Below are positions 27,601-39,891 of a DNA stretch of 64,000 bases, piece after piece. How positions within the stretch are numbered: the first letter of the stretch is position 1; every line of letters starts with the position of its first letter. Below the pieces are notes generated by a model. That model did not search any database, was not told the origin of the DNA, and saw nothing but the letters and a program-made list of their open reading frames with translations. This DNA is from the human T2T-CHM13v2.0 reference genome, Homo sapiens, in the NCBI RefSeq assembly GCF_009914755.1, contig NC_060925.1. One strand, written 5' to 3'. Made by a program: the position numbers and the translations under genes.

Positions 27601-28673
27601 ATCTGAGGCCACAAGGTCTATTGGACACCTACACATATTATGTTAGAAGAGTAGATTTTGGCTTTTGGTGGTGATTGCTTTAGGAGATGGGTCAAAACTA
27701 ATTTAAGCCCAAATACAGGAACACCCAAATATAGGCAGAGCAATTAGCAGTAGATAATTGGGGTGAGGATGCTGCTCTATTGCTTAGATTCTGATAAACA
27801 GGTCCTCCTGGATCTGCCCACCCTACAGAGAATGGGGACAGTGGACTGCCCTCTTTTCCTCTGCACATTCCCTGGGCAGAAGGTCCAGGGGAAAGAAGAG
27901 GTGGACAGAGAGCAGAGTGTTTACATGGGTGGGATAGGCAGAGGCCAGCTCTCCCTCCAGGTCAGGGTCTCCATAGATGGAAGTGTTCAGCCCAGGGGAC
28001 AGCTACCTCTGTATGGGAGAGGTTCTTCCATCTCCTGTACAGGGAGGTTTTGAGGAGTTTGGCAATAGTAGCCAACATCATTTGCGGGGTCCCACCAACT
28101 CTGAAGGCCAGTGGAAGAGAAAGCATCTACTCCTCAATGGAGCTGGCCCCCTCAAGTGAGGGTCCTGGCAAGAACAGGGCTGCACTCTCTAAAGAAATCC
28201 CAGCCAGGAGGGAGGGGCCTCTGCCTCATTATTAACCTGGTCTTATCTCTGATGGCTATTTTGATTGGTGAGGTACTTGGCATCATGCTGTGCACTTGAA
28301 CTCCATCCCAGAGACTGCGACCCTGGGGCAAACATTCAGTTACCCCATGGTTTATTCTACTGCATGTGTGAATTAATTGCCTTTCTTGTTTTGTGAGAGA
28401 TTTGGTCCTCAAGTGTATAATTTACTCTGCTTATCCATTTGCACATGTTTAATGGTATTTCTTTCTGGTAGGTGAAGAATCACTGTGTTTGTGCGGTGGG
28501 GGGCAAGAGTGTTAAAACTATATTTACATTTTTCTTTATTGTAAATGGGTTTCAGTGGCTCATATTTTAAAACGTAGAAGTGAGTTGGCTGAGGAATTCG
28601 TGGGTATCTCTCCTCAGGACTCTCCTTTCCCCAAGGACAGTTTTATTTCGAAAGAAAAATTGGAAATGCAGAG

Positions 28674-28687
28674 CCACGAGGGGGCGC
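28674..28687 (+). promoter_or_regulatory. CTCF consensus motif, copy 2
   Basis: CCACGAGGGGGCGC, identical to 5750-5763. Confidence 0.7.
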
Positions 28688-29294
28688 CCTGGACCCTGGT
28701 CTGGTGGTAAAGTCAGCACCTTCATAAAGCAAGGATCTCCTAGATGCCGGGTTCAGAATGAAATAGGAGCATTGGCTGAACATCTGCCGGGGACCTCACT
28801 GGGCACGCACAGGGCCTCACTTACTCAACGCAGACACTCCCTGAAGTGAGTGCTTGTGCCCCATTGTGATAAGCTCACAGGCTCAGGCAAGTTCAGCAAT
28901 CTGTCCAGGGTTACTCAGGTAATATAGTGGAAAATGAGATTCAGACCCAATTCTGTGCAGTTCTAAAGACCCGGCTCTCTCAGACCAGCTGACTAAGGCT
29001 CATCTAGGGAGGGCTTGATACTTGGAAGGTGCTGGTCAGCGCGGAAGCGAGGTTGGTGGGCGCCCGTGTCCTCGGGGCAGGGTCACAGGCATCTGCCCAC
29101 AAGGGAGATGTTTCTAGCCGGGGTCACGGAGCCTCGGGATGTTCCTGAATGTGGGAGAAACAGTCCCTCACCGTGACCATCTCGGAGTCTGTGTCCACCA
29201 AGAGCCCTTGTGGTTGGGAAGAGACTTTGTTAATGGGAATGGGGTGTCTGGGTTGCTGGTTAGGTGCCTGTCCCCAGACAGGGGTGTCTTTTAT

Positions 29295-29450
29295 TTTAAC
29301 ATTATATAACATTATGTGTTACATACTGTTAAATATATTGTATAATAACAGTATATATATACTGTTATATAACATAATAAGAGTATTATATATGTTATAT
29401 AATATACAATGTATTATATTGTGTATATATACAATAATGAATATAATAAA
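29295..29450. repeat. Degenerate TA-rich low-complexity tract
   Basis: TATATAAC/TGTTATAT-type units; not present at the paralogous site in copy 1. Confidence 0.85.
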
Positions 29451-29559
29451 ATGTTTTCTGTTTTTAGACTCGAAGTACTGAGGATTTCGAGAATATCTCT
29501 CAGGGTGATTTTAGGGGAATTTGTCAGTGCTTCTGAAAATAGGATTGAGAAGATGTGGT

Positions 29560-30510
29560 CCCGTCCCAGGCGTAACTACTGAGGGCGTCAGGAACCAGTA
29601 AGGGGATGATGGCAGCGGCGGGCGGTCCGAAGCGGCCTCTGCCAGGGCCCCCGCTGCGGTGGGGTGCGGGCGCGGGCCGTGGGTCCTCGGGTGCGGACGC
29701 CCAGGCGAAGGGTCCCCGGGGCCTGCCGCCCTGGAGCCCGCCCCTGGGAGCTGCTGCGGCTGGGCCGGGCGGGGTCAAGCCACCCGCCGGCGGGGGAACT
29801 GCACAGTTGGGCACGGAGGGACCCCGAGGCGGAGCTGGGCCCAGGGCTGTGCCGCACTTGTGCACAGAGTACCGGCAGGCACCAATCGCCCGGCGGTGGC
29901 CGCACTAAAGGGGCCCGGGGCTGAAAGCGGGAAGGGTGCCCACTTCCCGGACCCGGCCAGCCTCGCCCACCCTGCTGACGGCGCCAGGTTCCTGCGCCTC
30001 CTGAGCTGGAGATTCAGCTCGCCAGGGCACCTGAGGTTGCGTCTCCAGGATCCACCCTGCGTCTGGGTGACCGCCGAGCTAGGTGCTCCCGGCCGCCGGT
30101 TCCCGGGCCCGCAGTCCGCTCCCGAAAGCACCCCCCTGGCAGGGTCTCAAGCTGGACGAAGGGGAGCCCCAGGTCACCCTGAGCGCTGGGGCCGCAGTGG
30201 GAACTTGCGGCGATGTCACCCCTGCCCTGCATGTCAGCCCAGGCCTGGCGAAGGCCTGAGCCCCGCCCCAGGCTGCACAGCGCAGCAGGAGCGGCTGCGG
30301 GAGCAGCGGTGACGGCAGTGGGTCGCCTGTGCCCCATGTCCCCAAGGCAGCTGACTGTGCCATCCCCACTTTCGCAAGCCGGGGCAGGACCAGCTCCCAG
30401 GCCGGGAGCCTCGGCTGCTGCCTCGATCTGGCTCCCTGCGGTGACCTGGGAGCCCAGGAACACCTGGCCAAAGGCGCAGCCGGGACTCGCGGGACTGGCC
30501 AGCGTGGGAT
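29560..30510. promoter_or_regulatory. CpG island within the 5' half of the MER52 LTR
   Basis: Very high GC and dense CpG, with GC-boxes (GGGCGGGG, CCCCGCCCC); CpG density drops sharply after ~30510. Confidence 0.75.
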
Positions 30511-31574
30511 TCATTTGTGCGGGGTTGGTCTGGGCCACTGTGCCACCTGCACCTAGACTGCCTCAGCTGTGGGGAAAGGCAGAGAAGGGGCACTGGGGTG
30601 GGGGTAGGGGGTTGCTGCACTCTGCAGAGCCAGGGACAGGTGGGAGCCCTGCCCCTCCGGAATCTGCAGGGTGGGAGCTCCCCAGGCCAGCTGCAGCAGC
30701 CCAGGTTGTGGCTGTGGGCCTGGGCATCATGGTGCTCTCCTCTCTAGCCTGTCCTCTCCCACTTCCTGGCACCGCTCTGATCTTGGAGCCGGGTTAGGGT
30801 GAGCTTGGGGGTTGTTGCAGCTCCACAGGGTGTATGCTAGGGCAGTGCTGATGCCCTGACCCCCTGCTGCCTTCATACCCCCAGACTTTGGGTGCCAAGG
30901 AGCAGGGGAGGGAGGCTGAGATGGGCAGCTAGGCATTGGCCTGAGGCCTCCTTGGCACCAGTGGCCTAGGTGCCATGGGTGGCTGCAGGAGGTAGACAGG
31001 CTCCTAGGCAGGAAGAGGCAGGTGTGGGTGAGGCCCCACTTTCAGGACAGGGAAGGCTGGCAGCTGGGTTGCCAGTCCCACTGACCAGAGTGGGGACTAG
31101 TGGTGCCTTGTCTGGGCTTCCCATGGCTCTTCATGGGCCAACTGGCATGCACTTCCTTCCCTCTGAGCCCCATAATAGCTCAGGGCTCAGCCAGAGTAGA
31201 GGAGAGGATGGAGAGGCGAGGATGGAGAGACAACTAGATGACCAGCTACTCTTTGCAGAGCCTCCTCTTTGCTGAGAGCTGTAGATTGGGAGGACCAACT
31301 GCAGACCAGGAGCTACCCTCTGCTGAGAGGTGAGCACTTGTCCGGATGACCTGCCTACAGAGAAGAGCTACCCACTGCTGGTCTCTGAGGTCTGTGCTGT
31401 TCTAACACTTAATAAAGCTCCTCTTCCTATTGCTCACCCTCCACTTGTCTGCATACCTCATTCTTCCTGGATGCAAGACAAGGCCTCAGACAAAGGCGCC
31501 ACTGACCACAGAGGTTTCCAGCCAGAAAAAGCAACACCCCACAGAAAAAGCAAAACCCCAAAGATCCTGTGACA
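29607..31574 (+). mobile_element. MER52-family ERV1 solo LTR (~2.0 kb)
   Basis: Starts TGATGGCAGCGGCGGGC and ends GAGGTTTCC...GATCCTGTGACA; AATAAA at 31411; flanks GGGA/GTGA correspond to a single GTGA at the empty paralogous site (~6628). Confidence 0.85.
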
Positions 31575-33249
31575 GTGATATTTATCAAGATAGGGAGAGG
31601 GGGCTGGAGGAGGGGTCAAGAGCAATAAAAGGCAAAAAACACTGAGTGTTTATCTAATAAGGTAGATGTTATTTTTCCCATTTTACATATGAGGAAACTG
31701 AGATTTAGAGAAGTTACGTAACTTGGTTAGGGTTAAACAGCTAATATTAGGCAAAGCTGGGACCTAAACGTGGGATTTCAGAGGCCAGTGTCCAATCTTT
31801 CTTTATAATAGTGAGTGGCCTCTCAGAAAACATGGACTTGATTCTCACCAGAAACCCAACACCTCTTCCCTAAGTGCTTTCCCGGTTTTTCTCAAATCCG
31901 GAAACTGTTGGTCTTTTGGGCAATTCTGAGCACAGCCACTAAGTGGCGACATTGCCCGACTATGGCTCAGCCCTGTTTCTCCGGGGAAGAATAGGGGAGG
32001 GGAGGGGAGGGAGTCGGAGTTGCCCTGTTGTGTGTTGTGCTGTGTGTGGGGCTTTCTTCTATCTATTTAGTCCTCCCAGCAACCCTGCAGAGGAGGTATT
32101 ATCTCATTTTCCAGATGAGGCCATTGAGGATCTGCTGGATGACAGAGCTTAGCGGTAGAAGCAGGAATGGAATCAACGTCCAGTTGGATTCCAAGTCCTG
32201 TCTCCAAGCATGCTGGGCTCCCAAAGGAAAAGCCTTTCTGTGCCCTCAGACTACACAGTCTTGTGGGGAAGTGGACAGTGGGGACCCCACGTGAGTTTTA
32301 GGCTGGGACAGCCTAGCAGTGAAGGAGGAGGCTGGGTGAGGAGTAACCAAGCCTTAGCTTTGGTGATTGATGGGAAGAATTGGGTTCTGAGGTGGAAATC
32401 AATTACAGTTACAATCTGCTGTGTGGATCCCCTAGAGTGCTGCTCTACTGGAGACCAACATTCCATCCCTCAGCAAGTTTCTCCTTCTGCTTGGGAAGAG
32501 GCTGTGTTTTCTTCCCGATGAAATGGTTGGCTGGTGTTGAGGGGCTGCAAGCTGACTTGTGAGCTGGTTTTGTGCATCTCCTCCCAACCCTATGTTCACA
32601 GTCATGATGTTGGTAGTTTGAAATTAGACAGAGTGGGAATATTTACACCATGGAAATTGGAAACACTAGAAACCAGGGCTTTTTCCTCCTGCAGAGCCAG
32701 TGGTTAAACTGCTACCTGCTGACCACTGCCCACCAGGTAGCAGGAGGCACACACCTGAGAGGCAGGTGAGCCCAGAGAGATGGACCAGGGGCGCCCATGG
32801 ATTTGCGGCTCCCATATCATACTTACTTTGGGATCTGAGTAGAATTGCTGCACATTTAAATGGATATTTTTTCCCTCTCTTTCATTTTTTGTTGCCGAGG
32901 GCAAATAACTGCATTTGAGAAGTTCAACCTGCATCTGACGTGCTTCCCCTGGAAAGCAAGATGGCTAAGATTGTGCTGTCTGTGAAGCCACCTAGGGGCT
33001 CAGTGACAGCAGCAGATGGTGACTGGGCAGGAAGGAAAGTCTCTTCCAGTGCCAGGCTCAGGTGTGCTCAGTAAATATGTGTTTCTTGGCAAGCAGTGGG
33101 GCTGTCACCTGTAGCTTAGCTGGAAGCTGCTTGTCTTGTGCCTGCATATTCCTGATGCCCCCAGGATGTTTACAGGCAGGGTTGGGACTGGGGTGGGGCA
33201 GCACGACCCCCACTCTCAGATGCCTGCTCTGCGCCAGCATGAGTCTCAG

Positions 33250-33645
33250 GGTTTCGGGCTGAACTGTGTCCCTGCAGAATTCAACTGGGGATGGAAATTC
33301 TAACCCCCAGTACCTCTGAATGTGACTGTATTTGAGATGGGGCCTTTAAAGACATGAGGAAGGTAAACTGAAGTCAAATGGGTGGGTTCTAATCCAATAC
33401 ACCTGGTGTCCTTATAAGAACAGGAGATTGGGAGATTAGGCAGGTACACATGAAGACTAGGTTAAGATGCAGGGGGAAGACAGCTGTATGCTAGCCAAAG
33501 AGAGAGGCCTCAGAGGAACCCACACTGCCAGCACCTTAACCTTGTTCTTCTAGCTTCCAGAAGTGTGAGAAAATAAATTTATGTTGTTTAAGCTTCCCGG
33601 TGTGTGTTCTTTGCCATGGCAGCCAGAGCTGAGCTGACTAATATA
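33250..33645 (+). mobile_element. MLT1B-like MaLR LTR, copy 2 only
   Basis: GGGCTGAACTGTGTCCC...CTAACCCCCAGTACCTC...GAATGTGACTGTATTTG...AGAGAGGCCTCAGAGGAAC...GACTAATA. Confidence 0.85.
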
Positions 33646-34820
33646 CTGAGAGTGAGGGCCTCCCCGCCTCACCTCTTCATGGGGCCTGGTCTTGCATCAG
33701 CAGGGGGTGGGCAGAACCAGAGTACCTGGTTACATCACAGATGATTGACGACTTGCTAAGAGTGCTGGGAGAACCCAGAGCACCTAATTCACCTGGGACA
33801 GGTCAGGGCTGGCTCCCCAGGGCTACCTGAGCTGCATGTGGAAGGGGCAGCAATTTGACAGGGGATGGCAGGGAAGGGTCTTACTCAGGGAATGGGTGCA
33901 GGTGGGCAGGCTGGAGGCTGACTGGTGTCCTTCTGAAGTCTGTAAGGGATGGGGCTGATCCCCATAAATGGGGAGTTGTTTTCCTAATGAATGGCTCCTG
34001 CTGGGCTCTCCCTCTCCTCTGTGCCCTATTGAGAGGGCCCTCAAAAGTCTATCGGCACATTCAGGGGGCCGCAGGTGAGATCGCAGAGACCACAGGTTTC
34101 CTTGCGGGGTGGAGCAGCTGTGGCCTGTGCCTGGTGATTTGGAGGTTGTGTTGGATGATGTGGTCTATCCTTCCCTGCAGGACAGAAGAGAGATGCTGGG
34201 AACCAAGAACCCAGAGGGAACTGTCATAATAAAGGAAGGCCTGTGGAAAGGCGCCTGTCTGCTGTGGTTTGGTGTGAATGTCACTGACACACTGAGGCCA
34301 GGCAGGAGCCCTGGCTGGGAGCTGGGCCTTAGCACAGGCCTGAGCCTTATTTCTCAGGCTGCGAGAACAGCTGAGGCTTCTCAGACCAGCATGTGTGCAG
34401 GGCTGGGCTGGACACGAGGCAGTGCAGGCCTGTTTGTGACTCACAGAGTGCAGAGGGAGGTGACTGCAGTGGGTCCAGAGCCGCCTTGGGGCCCAGAGGC
34501 TCCAGAGATGCAGCCACAGGCCTTGGTTCCTCTGCCTGGGGGTGGTGTGAGGGAGGTGAGATGCTGCCTGGGACAGGCCTGGCCTCCCTCTCCCTTGGTG
34601 TGGCTCCTCAAGGTCTGAAGCTGTCCTAGTGTGGGAGACTCACTTCACTGAGAGGGGACTTGAATTTGGAAAGACCATTGGTTTGGGAGGCCAGGGACCT
34701 GGTCCCTGGCCTGGCTCTGCCAGTTACTCACTTTCTACACCTTGGGTTTACCAGTTCATCTCTTTGGAACCTCAGTTTCCTCATCTGTAAAATGAGAAGG
34801 TGATCATAATGATGCCCATG

Positions 34821-34970
34821 TGCCCCTCACAGGTGATGTGCCCCAATGTGTCCATGGGTCAGACTCCTCCCAGCCTCACCCCGTGGAACTTAGTTTGCCC
34901 CTCACAGGTGATGTGCCCCAATGTGTCCATGGGTCAGACTCCTCCCAGCCTCACCCCGTGGAACTTAGTT
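34821..34970 (+). repeat. Perfect 75-bp tandem duplication
   Basis: 34821-34895 equals 34896-34970; single unit at the paralogous site ~9725-9799. Confidence 0.95.
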
Positions 34971-36224
34971 CAGGGAAAGCTCCTGTCTCATTGCCATGGG
35001 CACAGGGGCCCAGTTCAGTGACCTGAGTACAGGACGACCTTCCATCACCCACCTTTGAGATCCCCTCCCCATCAGAATAGTCTCAGGCTACCCACCTTCG
35101 CAAAATAGAGACGGTCTCCAATTGTCTCATACAAAACAGTGAGGCTTTGTCTTTTGATATTATATGAAATAAATAAGACATACTAGCAGATCATATTACA
35201 ATTTTTAAAAAAACCCTACAAGCAAAAGACCTAAAAAGTTCAATGAAGTGTGATCCATCCATGGGTCCTCTGTGAGTCTCCTGAGACTGTGCATATGTGG
35301 AGTATTTTACCTCTGCTCAGTCAGTATTGTTGAGTTGAGATGAAGGTTACCCGATGGAGTGTTCCCGTCTCCTCTGCTGCTCGGCCTCATCCTGATCCCT
35401 TGTGGTGGTTGGTGTATGTAAGGTGCAGCTCTGAGCCCTGGCCACAGAGGAAGGTCACCACCTCCTTGAGAATGGGGTCTGTTCCAACGTTCTGGAGCCC
35501 TTCTCTTGAGGGGCCAGAATTGTTCTGGCTCTTCTGGTCAACCTCAGGCCACGGGCTTGGAAATGTCGTGTTAGGTCTGGAGAATGGAGACAGAGAGCAT
35601 GGGGTAGGGGAGGAAAGAGGTGGCCCAAATAGACTCAGTGTAACCCCACAGCTGAAGCCCATGACAGACGCAGGCCCTGGGTGTGCTCCCAGCAGGGGAC
35701 GTTCTTCAGTGTTTGTTTGTTAATGATGAATATTTCCTGCCTTTGGGTCACTTCCCCACTTATTTCCACCCTTTTGAACTCTTGCGCTGCGTTTCCAACC
35801 ATTGGTGGTCTCAAAGGCACCTCACACCCAGGCCCCTTAGACTAACCATGCCCTTTCTCCCTAGAATTGTTAAAGGCTGAGCACCCTCTCATCTTGATAG
35901 CTGAATGTCCTTCTTGCCTTTACCCTCATAACCAATCCTCTGCCGGGTGATCCTGCTGCAGCAACATCTCATTCTCTATCCCCTCACCTCTACCTCCATT
36001 GCTGCCCTCACTTAGTCCCTCATCTCTTGCCTGGATTGTTACAGTGTCTCCTGTCTGATCCTATGGCTCAAGCATCTCCCAAAAAGCCAGGCTGCACTGA
36101 ACAAGCCACCTAAAGCATCCTCTGATCCTGCCTCACCCCTGTTCAAACAAAGTAAGCGATTTCCAGTTATCCACAGAATGTATTCTAGATGTCTCAGCCT
36201 GGCATTTAGCAACATTTACAGCCT

Positions 36225-36392
36225 TGCTACTCAGAGTGTGGTCCTCACACCAACTGCATTGGCGTCATCCAGGACCTTATAGTAAATGCAGAATCTTAGC
36301 CCCCCTCCGAATGACTAAATCAGAATTGCAGTTTTTAGAAAATTGCCAAGTGAATTGTATACACATTCAAATTTGACAAGTGCTGCCTTACA
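36225..36392. mobile_element. MER5A-like DNA transposon (related copies at ~37578-37700, ~54057-54236, ~55830-56170)
   Basis: CTCAGAGTGTGGTCC...AAATGCAGAATCT...CTAAATCAGAAT. Confidence 0.7.
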
Positions 36393-36909
36393 GTCTGATT
36401 TCTTCTTTTTAAATATGTACATATGTAATCATATATATATGTATGTATACATACACACACACACACACACAAAGTCATACATGTATGTGGTTTTTAAAAA
36501 CATACTGAAAATTCTCAGTCTCCTGCTGGTCCCAGTTTCTCTCCCCAGAGGCAACTGCTTCTGTTATTATTTCTGCCTTCAGTTTTTCTATGATTACTGC
36601 TCTGTTTCTAGGTAATACTTTTAAGGCTGTTTCTGGAGTTTTCAATCTGGAATATCATCCAATGCCTTCCTGCTATTCCAGGAGGCACTTAGCTCAATCT
36701 CATTACCCCCACACCCCTTCTACTCAGCTCTGGAAGTGGAATTGTTCCTGACTCTGCCAGTTTTTCTCACCTGTCTGGTGATCTTTCGTCATCCTCTTAT
36801 ATCTAAATAGAGCCAGGTTGTTCTGTCAGGCTCCACTTTAGGGGGCAGGGCAGGGAGCTGGCGATTATGCTGGGGATCCTCTAAATGTCAGAATGAAGTG
36901 TTGATTCTA

Positions 36910-37240
36910 AATCCTGGCTATTGTGAATAGCGCTGCCGCAAACATGGGAATTGCAGATATCTCTCAACATACTGATTTCATATCATCTGGGTATGTACCC
37001 AGAAGTGGGATTGTTGGATCATATGGTAGTTCTGCTTTTCATTTTTCTGAGGAATCTGCATACTGTTCTCCATAGTGGCTGTACTAATTGACATTTCCAC
37101 CAACAGTGTAGAAGAGATGGATGCCCCAATTACACGAATGTAATTATTACACATTGTATGCCTGTATCAAAATATCACATGTATCTCATAAATATATACA
37201 CTTATTGTGTACTCATAGTAATTAAAAAGAAAAAAAATTT
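36910..37240. mobile_element. L1MA-type 3' end with 5' inversion
   Basis: Antisense L1 segment (GGCTATTGTGAATAGCGCTGC...CCCACCAACAGTGTA) joined to a sense 3' terminus (ATTACACATTGTATGCCTGTATCAAAATATCACATG...A tail). Confidence 0.75.
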
Positions 37241-37854
37241 AAACAATGAGGGGGGCTTTCCTGAGTCTCCATTACCCACACCAGCTGCCCGAGTTCTCTC
37301 CACTGTACATTCAGGGATTTTTTCCTTTTTGTGTTTAAAGAGCTCTCCGTTGTTTGTGTCTGAGGAGGAAATGCCTGACTTCTGGAAGGTCGGTGTCTGG
37401 AGCTGGTGGTGGGTGGGGGTTTACTACATCATACATGGACCTCCCACAAAGCTCCCTGTCTCAGCCCCACTTCTCACCCAACCCTGCATCCCACCTGGCC
37501 TCTCTGAGCTCAGAATCCCTGCGGGTTCCTCTGGGCGGACAGCTCCAATCCCTGCTGCACCCCTATTTGTGTATTCTAAGTCAGTGATTCTCAAACTTAG
37601 CTGTGCATTGAGCACACTGGGCTCCCCTGGGTCCTTAAAGGAAAACTGTTCCCTGGGCACCACCCCAGAGATTCCGATGTGGTTGGTCCAGAGTCTGGCA
37701 CTATCTTTCCAAGCCACCTCTTCCATCTCTCTCTGAGATTCCGGGCCTCTCTGGTCTGCTCATTAGCTGCCAACCAGTCTCACCTTCATGTTGTTATTTA
37801 AAAACTAAAACAACATACATGTACTATATTATTTTTAAGGAGCTTGAGGAAGGA

Positions 37855-38626
37855 TGAGAGACACATGCATGTGCTTAGAATTAAGCCTGGTAGGTTGTGG
37901 AGCTCAAGAAAGGTTTCCTTCCCTTTCCACCACTCACCTCCACACTGCAGCTGACCCTTAATCTTGTATCTGCAGACCTCATGCTTTCCCATAGTCAAGG
38001 GCCATACCTCTCTATTCTTCGGTAGTGTGTTGGGCTGGGCTGCGACTTCCTAAAAGTCCTCCATCCAAGGCTTATTTTTCTCAGGACCTCCAGGACCCTG
38101 GGAAATTATCTCTATTCCTTGACCATCCGGATATAGGTTCTGCCTGACCATGGGTGTTCCCTAACAGGGATTAAGTGGGTCACAGGTCAGAGGTCAGAAG
38201 TCTGGCTGATCACTGAAGGGTTCACCTTTCATACTTTGATGTCTGAATGAGTCACTATTTATACCTGTGGGGGAAGCTGTGGGAGCAGGTCATGCTGCCT
38301 TGTTGTCTTCGTGGGATGAGACGGGAAGACCTGGGGCTCTGGTCTCAGCTCCACATTAAGGAAGGATATCTGAGGACCCTAGGGTAAAGGGTGGCATGGG
38401 GAAGATCTTACCAAGTCCCCTCATTGCCCCAGTGTCTTCACGGTCTAGGCATACCCCGGAGCTCTGGGCTTGTCCAGATCTTTTCATACACAGTGTGGAC
38501 TGCTGGAGCCAGCATGGGGCTCTGTGCATGGCAGCTTCTCTTCTCCATGTCATTCTACAATTCTGGTGGGGTTGAGTTGTGGGCTTGGTCAGCTTCTAAG
38601 AATTATGCAAAGGAGCCAGTCAGGCT
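37855..38626 (-). repeat. ~770-bp duplicated block (terminal exon plus 3' flank), paralog of 51912-52690
   Basis: Collinear homology by eye; paired ORFs 38356/52411 and 38391/52449. Confidence 0.9.
38438..38554 (-). pseudogene. SLAM-like gene B terminal cytoplasmic exon with ITSM
   Basis: TTGTAG| acceptor; reads NDMEKRSCHAQSPMLAPAVHTVYEKIWTSPELRGMPRP*; TVYEKI (38494-38477) fits TxYxxI/V. Confidence 0.75.
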
Positions 38627-39594
38627 CTTCTGTACTGTAAGTTCCTTGAGGGCAGGGGCTTGTTTTATTTTTCACTCCCCTGCTGCCATCCCCAGCACAT
38701 GGTAGGCACTCAGTGCAAATATGTGGGTTGAGTGCTGAGTGGGGGAGTGACTAAAGAAATGATGAAGTAGAGACTGTTCAGAAGACAGCCCCCAAGTGAG
38801 CAGGAGGAGCTCAGGAGAGCACTGTGGAACATTCATGTGCAGATTGGTGACTATAACTCCTTTTTCAAACCAGGTGTTCCTGCTGTGTAGTCCTGGGAAG
38901 GGAAGAAGGTTGATATTTTATGAAACCAGGGCCTGAGGATGCAGCTCCTTTGTAAAAGCTCCCTCTCCCTAACCCACCCTGTATAGTCTCTTCTATGGGT
39001 GAGCCCTTAGGCTCACAGGGAAGCATGATAAATGGCAGTAGTGACCACAGGTGTTCATCCTTCTCATAGGAAGCTGACCGTGGATTATGTACTCAGAGGT
39101 GGTAATCATCTGCAGAAAGGGGATGTCTGGCATGCAGAAAACAACAATAGACATCCATCAGCCTGCATGGGCCATGCATGTCCAGCCCATCCAGGGAGGG
39201 AATCTGTGTCTGGGGAGACAAGCACTCCAGGGCTGGGGGGTGTCCTGAGGGTTTATCAGGCCTCACTCCTCAAGTCCTCCTCCCCTTCTTGGATTTTGAT
39301 GAGCAATCCAGCCTCCCAGGCTCCTTGATGCTGGAAACAGGGTGTCCAAGTGCCAGTCCCACATTTATGTCTCGGACAATGTGGCCATCTCCAAATATTG
39401 GCCCAACTTCTGGACTTGCAGGTTTGAAGACTGTAACAAGGATATGGTTGTTCACTGAGGTGGGGACCTTCTGATTGCACCACATGAATAGCCTTAGTGC
39501 TCCTCAGTTCCATTACTTTCCTGAGTCTTCCCAGTCTTGCCTCTACCCCATTCTCTGCCATCCCATTTCCATCACTCTTCCTGGGAGATCACAC

Positions 39595-39891
39595 CTCTCT
39601 AAGGACAGATGCTTTCTAGTTCAAAGTTTGCATTCTGGTCTGCAGGGTTGCTCACTATACAGGTGAGGTGACCATTCAGCTGGGTCAGAGGAAGGCTCAT
39701 GTTTAGCTTCCTGGAGTTGGGGGCTGGCACCAGTGTCCCTCTCTGCTCCAGCTTCCTTGGGAGGACCTTGCTCAGCCAGGTCACAGTTAGGTTCTCTGTG
39801 GCCCCTGGAGTCCCACACTCCAGGCTGATATTGTATCAACCTGATGTATTGGATGATGAATTAATCAGAATTTGAGGATTAGGTATGGGTT
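39595..39891 (-). pseudogene. SLAM-like gene B IgC2 exon, two stops
   Basis: Polypyrimidine tract plus CCCCAG| acceptor, GAG|GT donor, 297 nt, phase 1-1. Reads EPIPNPQILINSSSNTSG*YNISLECGTPGATENLTVTWLSKVLPRKLEQRGTLVPAPNSRKLNMSLPLTQLNGHLTCIVSNPADQNANFELESICP*R; clear paralog of the exon at 19984-20277. Confidence 0.9.

Larger units (their letters stand above)
25490..35190 (+). repeat. Segmental duplication copy 2 (direct repeat of ~2960-10030), expanded by private insertions
   Basis: Collinear homology to copy 1, with an extra MER52, MLT1, TA-rich tract, ~600-bp segment at 27800-28410 and a 75-bp tandem duplication. Confidence 0.95.

Noticed and set aside
29524-30936. Many long overlapping ORFs (up to 217 aa)
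   Set aside because: A by-product of stop-poor GC-rich MER52 LTR sequence; Pro/Gly/Ala/Arg-rich in all frames with no domain.
37424-37726. Minus-strand ORF with IgV-like words (EEVAW...LSLRITDLE)
   Set aside because: It overlaps a MER5-like transposon (CAGTGATTCTCAAACTT...CACCCCAGAGATTC), has no DSGxY or LTVY end, and no matching splice sites; the resemblance is coincidental.
38555-38562. Apparent in-frame TAG at the start of the gene B ITSM exon if the upstream CCAG is the acceptor
   Set aside because: The upstream YxxI exon ends in phase 0, so the TAG/CAG immediately before AATGAC is the acceptor, not a stop.
38980-39430. AG/GT-bounded segments between gene B IgC2 and ITSM exons as candidate TM exon
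   Set aside because: The frames I translated give no convincing hydrophobic helix followed by a basic cluster.
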